Origin: a virus
Direction: 5' to 3' (one strand)
Virus record (IMG/VR): IMGVR_UViG_3300038321_000129
Location: 1 to 34,117 of that record
Length of the DNA: 34,117 nt
A program made the translations under genes and the position numbers. The notes under the pieces are model-generated. The model was not told where the DNA came from. It saw only the letters and a program-made list of their open reading frames with translations, and searched no databases. Below are positions 30,825 through 34,117 of this stretch, in pieces (the stretch's first letter is position 1; every line of letters starts with the position of its first letter).

Positions 30825-32183
30825 ATGCCAGTAGCAAAACAGCCAAAGAAAACCGAGTCCGAAGGGCTTGTATCAGGTGGAGTTCGCAACCTCCCGAAAA
30901 AAGTTACCGTGGAGACCGTAAGAGAGTGGACGAACAGCGTATATCTTGCCAAGAATATCAAAGATTTTGGCGTGCAGATTTACCCGGAACCGCCAGTAAT
31001 TACCGTTACCAACGATGATAAAGGCGAGGAAGTCCCGGAATTGTCGAAAGAGATCGCGCAGAATTTTAAAGATGTTCGCGCGTGGTCGGCAATTCAGAAT
31101 GTATATTCTGATGTAGGGTTCTGGGGGGCGTCTCTAAATAGTATCGGCCGCGCTCAGGTTAATGGCAAATGGACGATAACAGAGATAAGACACCTTCCGG
31201 CTGAATCGTTCACCGGATACCAGACCGGAACTATCATCAACCCACTACTACCCGGTATTACTCTCGATTCTGACGGCAAACCGCTGTTTTTCCAGACGGA
31301 TTATGAAACATATCAGACGAAACTATTAACCAACGTAACCTCTATCACCGATCTCTCCACCCCGAAATATGCGGGGAAGGCAATTTGTTATCCGTTATAC
31401 CGCTTGATGGCAACAATTGAGATGGTAGATACTGCATTATGCCAGCAGGTAAACCGTATTGGCGCGCCTACTATCATGCCGCAGATCGACCCGACATATA
31501 CACCTAGACCTTCAGATAAGGATGTAAAAACGTGGTTTGCCGCGTTCGCTAAACGATGGGGTAAGGATAGTGCGTTTGTCATCCCCCCGTGGGCAACATT
31601 CCCCGACCTGAAAATCAGAGAGGGCACGACTGCCGCCGACCTAAAAGCCGTGCTTGTTAAGTATATCGACGATTACTTTAACCCGTTATCAGTTTTCCAG
31701 TCAGAGACATCAACCCTTGGAAGTTCAGACTCGACCCGCGGGCAGATATACGCGGATTATATCCGAAGCTTACAGGAAATGTCCGTGGAATGGCTTGAAC
31801 ACGAGTATAACATTATCCTCGAGATGAACGGGTATGTGAACCATTCATGTCATATCAAACTGAAACGCCCGGTCGTCGATAAATCATCAGCAATTTTAGA
31901 ACAAATCAAGGTAGGTATCGCCGGCAAGAGCCTGACAAAAGCCGAGATACGCAACAACTTAACCGAACTTGAATTAGAGGATACCACCCCGGAACTTGAG
32001 CAGGCTCTGGAAAAGGAGTATCAGAACGCCGGAGGAGGGTTTAGTTTTGGAAACGTCGCTGACGTTGAGAACTTTACATCACCCGAGGAACGGATAATGT
32101 CCGATACCGAGAAGCGTATTATCGAGCTGAATAAAAAAGCAATGGACGGGATATACGGAATAATGAACTTGCCGACGGAGTAA
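30825..32183 (+). CDS. Portal protein.
   Basis: 452 aa. Lies between TerL and the MuF-like gene. Size and synteny only. Confidence 0.6.
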   Translation: MPVAKQPKKTESEGLVSGGVRNLPKKVTVETVREWTNSVYLAKNIKDFGVQIYPEPPVITVTNDDKGEEVPELSKEIAQNFKDVRAWSAIQNVYSDVGFWGASLNSIGRAQVNGKWTITEIRHLPAESFTGYQTGTIINPLLPGITLDSDGKPLFFQTDYETYQTKLLTNVTSITDLSTPKYAGKAICYPLYRLMATIEMVDTALCQQVNRIGAPTIMPQIDPTYTPRPSDKDVKTWFAAFAKRWGKDSAFVIPPWATFPDLKIREGTTAADLKAVLVKYIDDYFNPLSVFQSETSTLGSSDSTRGQIYADYIRSLQEMSVEWLEHEYNIILEMNGYVNHSCHIKLKRPVVDKSSAILEQIKVGIAGKSLTKAEIRNNLTELELEDTTPELEQALEKEYQNAGGGFSFGNVADVENFTSPEERIMSDTEKRIIELNKKAMDGIYGIMNLPTE

Positions 32184-32189
32184 TAAACC

Positions 32190-32921
32190 GTGGTATCGAA
32201 ACAGCAACAGACCCAGATAGATAGACTCATGCGGTTGCGTCAGACCGCTATGGCCACCATTTTTGCTCAGGCCGCACGAGAGATGTCAATGGTTGCATCT
32301 AAAGAAGCGTTGTCAGGGTTGGCAAAGACCGGATATACGGTAGCATCAGCAGAAGGCATCACAGATAAGATCATAGCGGATTATACTAGGAATATTTTAA
32401 ACGGCGGCACAGACTGTATAGAGCGTGTTCTAACGCCTGTAAAGGGTGGGATGTATAAAGCCACCACCCGGCAGGTGTTCGTGCCTTGGCTGGCTGATAT
32501 GAGCGTCAGAGACACATCCAACATTATCACCCTGATAGGTGATGCGGAACAGGCTGGAGTTCACCCGCGACAGATAGCCAAAGAACTTGAGGCATACTTC
32601 GAAGGCACAAAACACAACGCTATGACAGCCGCCAGAACGGAAGCATCTAAGATACGCAATGATGCCCGGTCCGCATCGTTTGAAGAGTCGGGAGTCAAGT
32701 ATGTAGAGTATGTGACGGCCGGAGATGAGCTGGTAAGACCCGAACACGCGATGCGGAACGGGAAGATATATCCACATAATAGTAGTCCAATGGTGGGCGA
32801 GTTTAACTGCCGCTGTCTGCTTGTCCCGGCTGACTGGAAAGTAAACCGAAAGGGGGCCATAGTAACAAAAAGCGATGCAGAATATCTTACCAAGGAACAA
32901 GTAGGGATGGTGTCAGCATGA
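32190..32921 (+). CDS. Head morphogenesis protein (SPP1 gp7 / Mu F-like).
   Basis: ELVRPEHAMRNGKIY...EFNCRCLLVP matches the family hallmark (R-P-x-H...G...N-C-R-C). The track start is GTG. Confidence 0.75.
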   Translation: MVSKQQQTQIDRLMRLRQTAMATIFAQAAREMSMVASKEALSGLAKTGYTVASAEGITDKIIADYTRNILNGGTDCIERVLTPVKGGMYKATTRQVFVPWLADMSVRDTSNIITLIGDAEQAGVHPRQIAKELEAYFEGTKHNAMTAARTEASKIRNDARSASFEESGVKYVEYVTAGDELVRPEHAMRNGKIYPHNSSPMVGEFNCRCLLVPADWKVNRKGAIVTKSDAEYLTKEQVGMVSA

Positions 32922-33088
32922 GCCACACGAAACGAGTTTATAATAATCCACGAAGCGGGTTCTATGTTCACCCCTACCATATGGTATGTTGTGGGAACTG
33001 TGATTCGTGTAAAGATACTTCACTCGGTAAAAAATGGAGAATGGACCGTAAAAAAGAACTACTCAACGAATTTCACGAGGTATTATGA
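32918..33088 (+). CDS. Hypothetical small Cys-rich protein (56 aa; below the ORF-track cutoff).
   Basis: ATGA overlaps at both ends. MSHTKRVYNNPRSGFYVHPYHMVCCGNCDSCKDTSLGKKWRMDRKKELLNEFHEVL. Confidence 0.5.
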   Translation: MSHTKRVYNNPRSGFYVHPYHMVCCGNCDSCKDTSLGKKWRMDRKKELLNEFHEVL

Positions 33089-33363
33089 GCCGCCTGCCCG
33101 CACTCACACCCGACCAGAAACAGACGATCGCTGAGAACTTATACCTATTCCCAGCTGATATTATGCGCATTTCCGGGATGGAAACAGCTTCCAAAGGCCA
33201 AATAATCGCCGAGCAGAAGCGGATCCGGGAGGTAGACAACACCCCTGATTCCGAGTACCTATATTATATTTTAATAAATTATATCGAAAAACACGGATTA
33301 AAGGTTATTTACTCAAACGGAGTCTTTGGATGGCTTGAATCACTCAAACCACCCAAAAAATAA
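33085..33363 (+). CDS. Hypothetical protein (92 aa).
   Basis: Coupled start. Last gene before IR-B. Confidence 0.6.
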   Translation: MSRLPALTPDQKQTIAENLYLFPADIMRISGMETASKGQIIAEQKRIREVDNTPDSEYLYYILINYIEKHGLKVIYSNGVFGWLESLKPPKK

Positions 33364-33477
33364 TCTATTTGTTACTATACTTATCCGATTTATTTCTAAT
33401 ACCTATTAGAAAATAAGGCGAGCCATTTCTGAACCCCGTTCGCCGAATGCGCTTTTGTATGAACGTAGATTTTTTTT

Positions 33478-33565
33478 AAAAATATTAAATTCTTAAATTC
33501 TAATACCCCTCGTCCGTGGGGCCGCCCACCCGGCCCGGTGAGTCCCACAGGAACACACACACTCT
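33478..33565 (-). ncRNA. Candidate small RNA, or protein-binding cassette, in IR-B (strand uncertain).
   Basis: Minus strand reads agagtgtgt, then a GC-rich core (cctgtgggactcaccgggccgggtgggcggccccacgg), then ttagaatttaagaatttaatattttt. Same flanks as the IR-A cassette but a different core. Confidence 0.3.
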
Positions 33566-33714
33566 ATTATTATATATAATAATATATATATATATAATAT
33601 AATAGATATACTAGAGTAGATTGGCAAATCGCGCCCAAATTCAGCCCCGAATACTTTCTAACTTTTGATTATAAACAAATATTAAATTATAAGATTTTAA
33701 TATTATTGATAGAT

Positions 33715-33729
33715 AAGTATATATACTTA
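33715..33729. promoter_or_regulatory. Palindromic TATA-like motif AAGTATATATACTTA.
   Basis: Exact consensus. Centre lies 57 nt upstream of ATG 33779. Confidence 0.55.
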
Positions 33730-33746
33730 TACAACATATATAGTAT

Positions 33747-33778
33747 TGTAGTAATACAAACTACAAGGAGAAACTAAA
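33747..33778 (+). promoter_or_regulatory. Conserved 5' leader hairpin plus SD, copy B.
   Basis: tgtagtaatacaaactacaaggagaaactaaaATG. 6-bp stem tgtagt/actaca. Confidence 0.55.
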
Positions 33779-33973
33779 ATGAAATTCTACGAAAACTCAG
33801 AACTTGTAGCGACACTGAACAATGATGATGCAATTGAGCACTGTCTCAAATGCCCATATTGTTACCACAACGAGGATGGATCACACACATGCACTATAGG
33901 TGTTGAAGATTTTAACCTCGAAGAAAGGTTAGAATACGAAGATGACAACCAGCTTGAATGCTGGATGTCCTAA
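33779..33973 (+). CDS. Small acidic Cys-containing protein (64 aa). First gene downstream of IR-B.
   Basis: CLKCPYCYHNEDGSHTC. A T5 tract follows the stop. Confidence 0.6.
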   Translation: MKFYENSELVATLNNDDAIEHCLKCPYCYHNEDGSHTCTIGVEDFNLEERLEYEDDNQLECWMS

Positions 33974-34018
33974 CCCCATTTTTCCCGGACTGCCCAACCT
34001 GATGTGTTAGGGGGGCAC

Positions 34019-34117
34019 GGAGATTAAAGAAATTATGATTGAGAAACAGAAAACACTTGATAATAGCCAATTGAAAACGCTTGATGATATCGCAAGTTCG
34101 TATTGTGAATTAGAGTG
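34019..34117. repeat. Terminal direct repeat, copy 2 (identical to 1..99).
   Basis: Verbatim duplicate of the window start. It contains the SD and the first 83 nt of ORF 17..217. Confidence 0.95.

Larger units (their letters stand above)
33404..33781. repeat. Large mosaic inverted repeat, copy IR-B (partner 15877..16265).
   Basis: See IR-A. The same block order appears when read toward ATG 33779. Confidence 0.9.

Overview
The first 99 bases are identical to the last 99 (1..99 = 34019..34117). The window is therefore one complete, circularly closed or terminally redundant viral genome with about 34,018 bp of unique sequence. The gene content is that of a siphovirus-like tailed dsDNA virus (Caudoviricetes).

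Layout: the plus-strand block runs from 26250 through the window ends to 14732. It holds two Zn-ribbon proteins, a PLD-like nuclease, TerS, an intein-containing TerL, portal and a MuF-like protein. An accessory island follows (IR-B, Cys-rich and membrane ORFs, a 300-nt structured noncoding region with a tRNA-like element). Then come scaffold, decoration, major capsid, connectors, major tail, a G/GT chaperone with a -1 frameshift site, tape measure, Dit-like and tail or fibre proteins. The minus-strand block runs from 26110 down to 14768. It holds a Sak4-like ATPase, a DUF669-like protein, a Cas4-like nuclease, HNH, a DNA methyltransferase, an SF2 helicase, an RHH regulator, a P-loop ATPase, a membrane protein, a metzincin-like peptidase, Zn-ribbon proteins and small unknowns. 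I recognised no integrase, DNA polymerase, primase, CRISPR array or reverse transcriptase.

The most unusual content is noncoding:
- Two mosaic ~380-bp inverted repeats (15877..16265 and 33404..33781) sit almost antipodally on the circle. Each has a 20-bp perfect AT palindrome plus a (TA)n tract, copy-specific GC-rich cassettes (candidate small RNAs or binding sites), and a 21-bp sub-element whose orientation is flipped relative to its flanks.
- A 15-bp palindrome, AAGTATATATACTTA, occurs in at least 10 copies and only between transcription units.
- A conserved leader hairpin sits upstream of three unrelated first genes.
- A 70-bp palindromic control region lies between the divergent blocks.

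Host domain is unresolved. TATA-like spacing to two genes without a Shine-Dalgarno sequence, and hairpin-less oligo-T tracts after operons, hint at an archaeal host. Sigma70-like readings of the same promoters are possible. All protein family calls rest on motifs read by eye, not on database searches.
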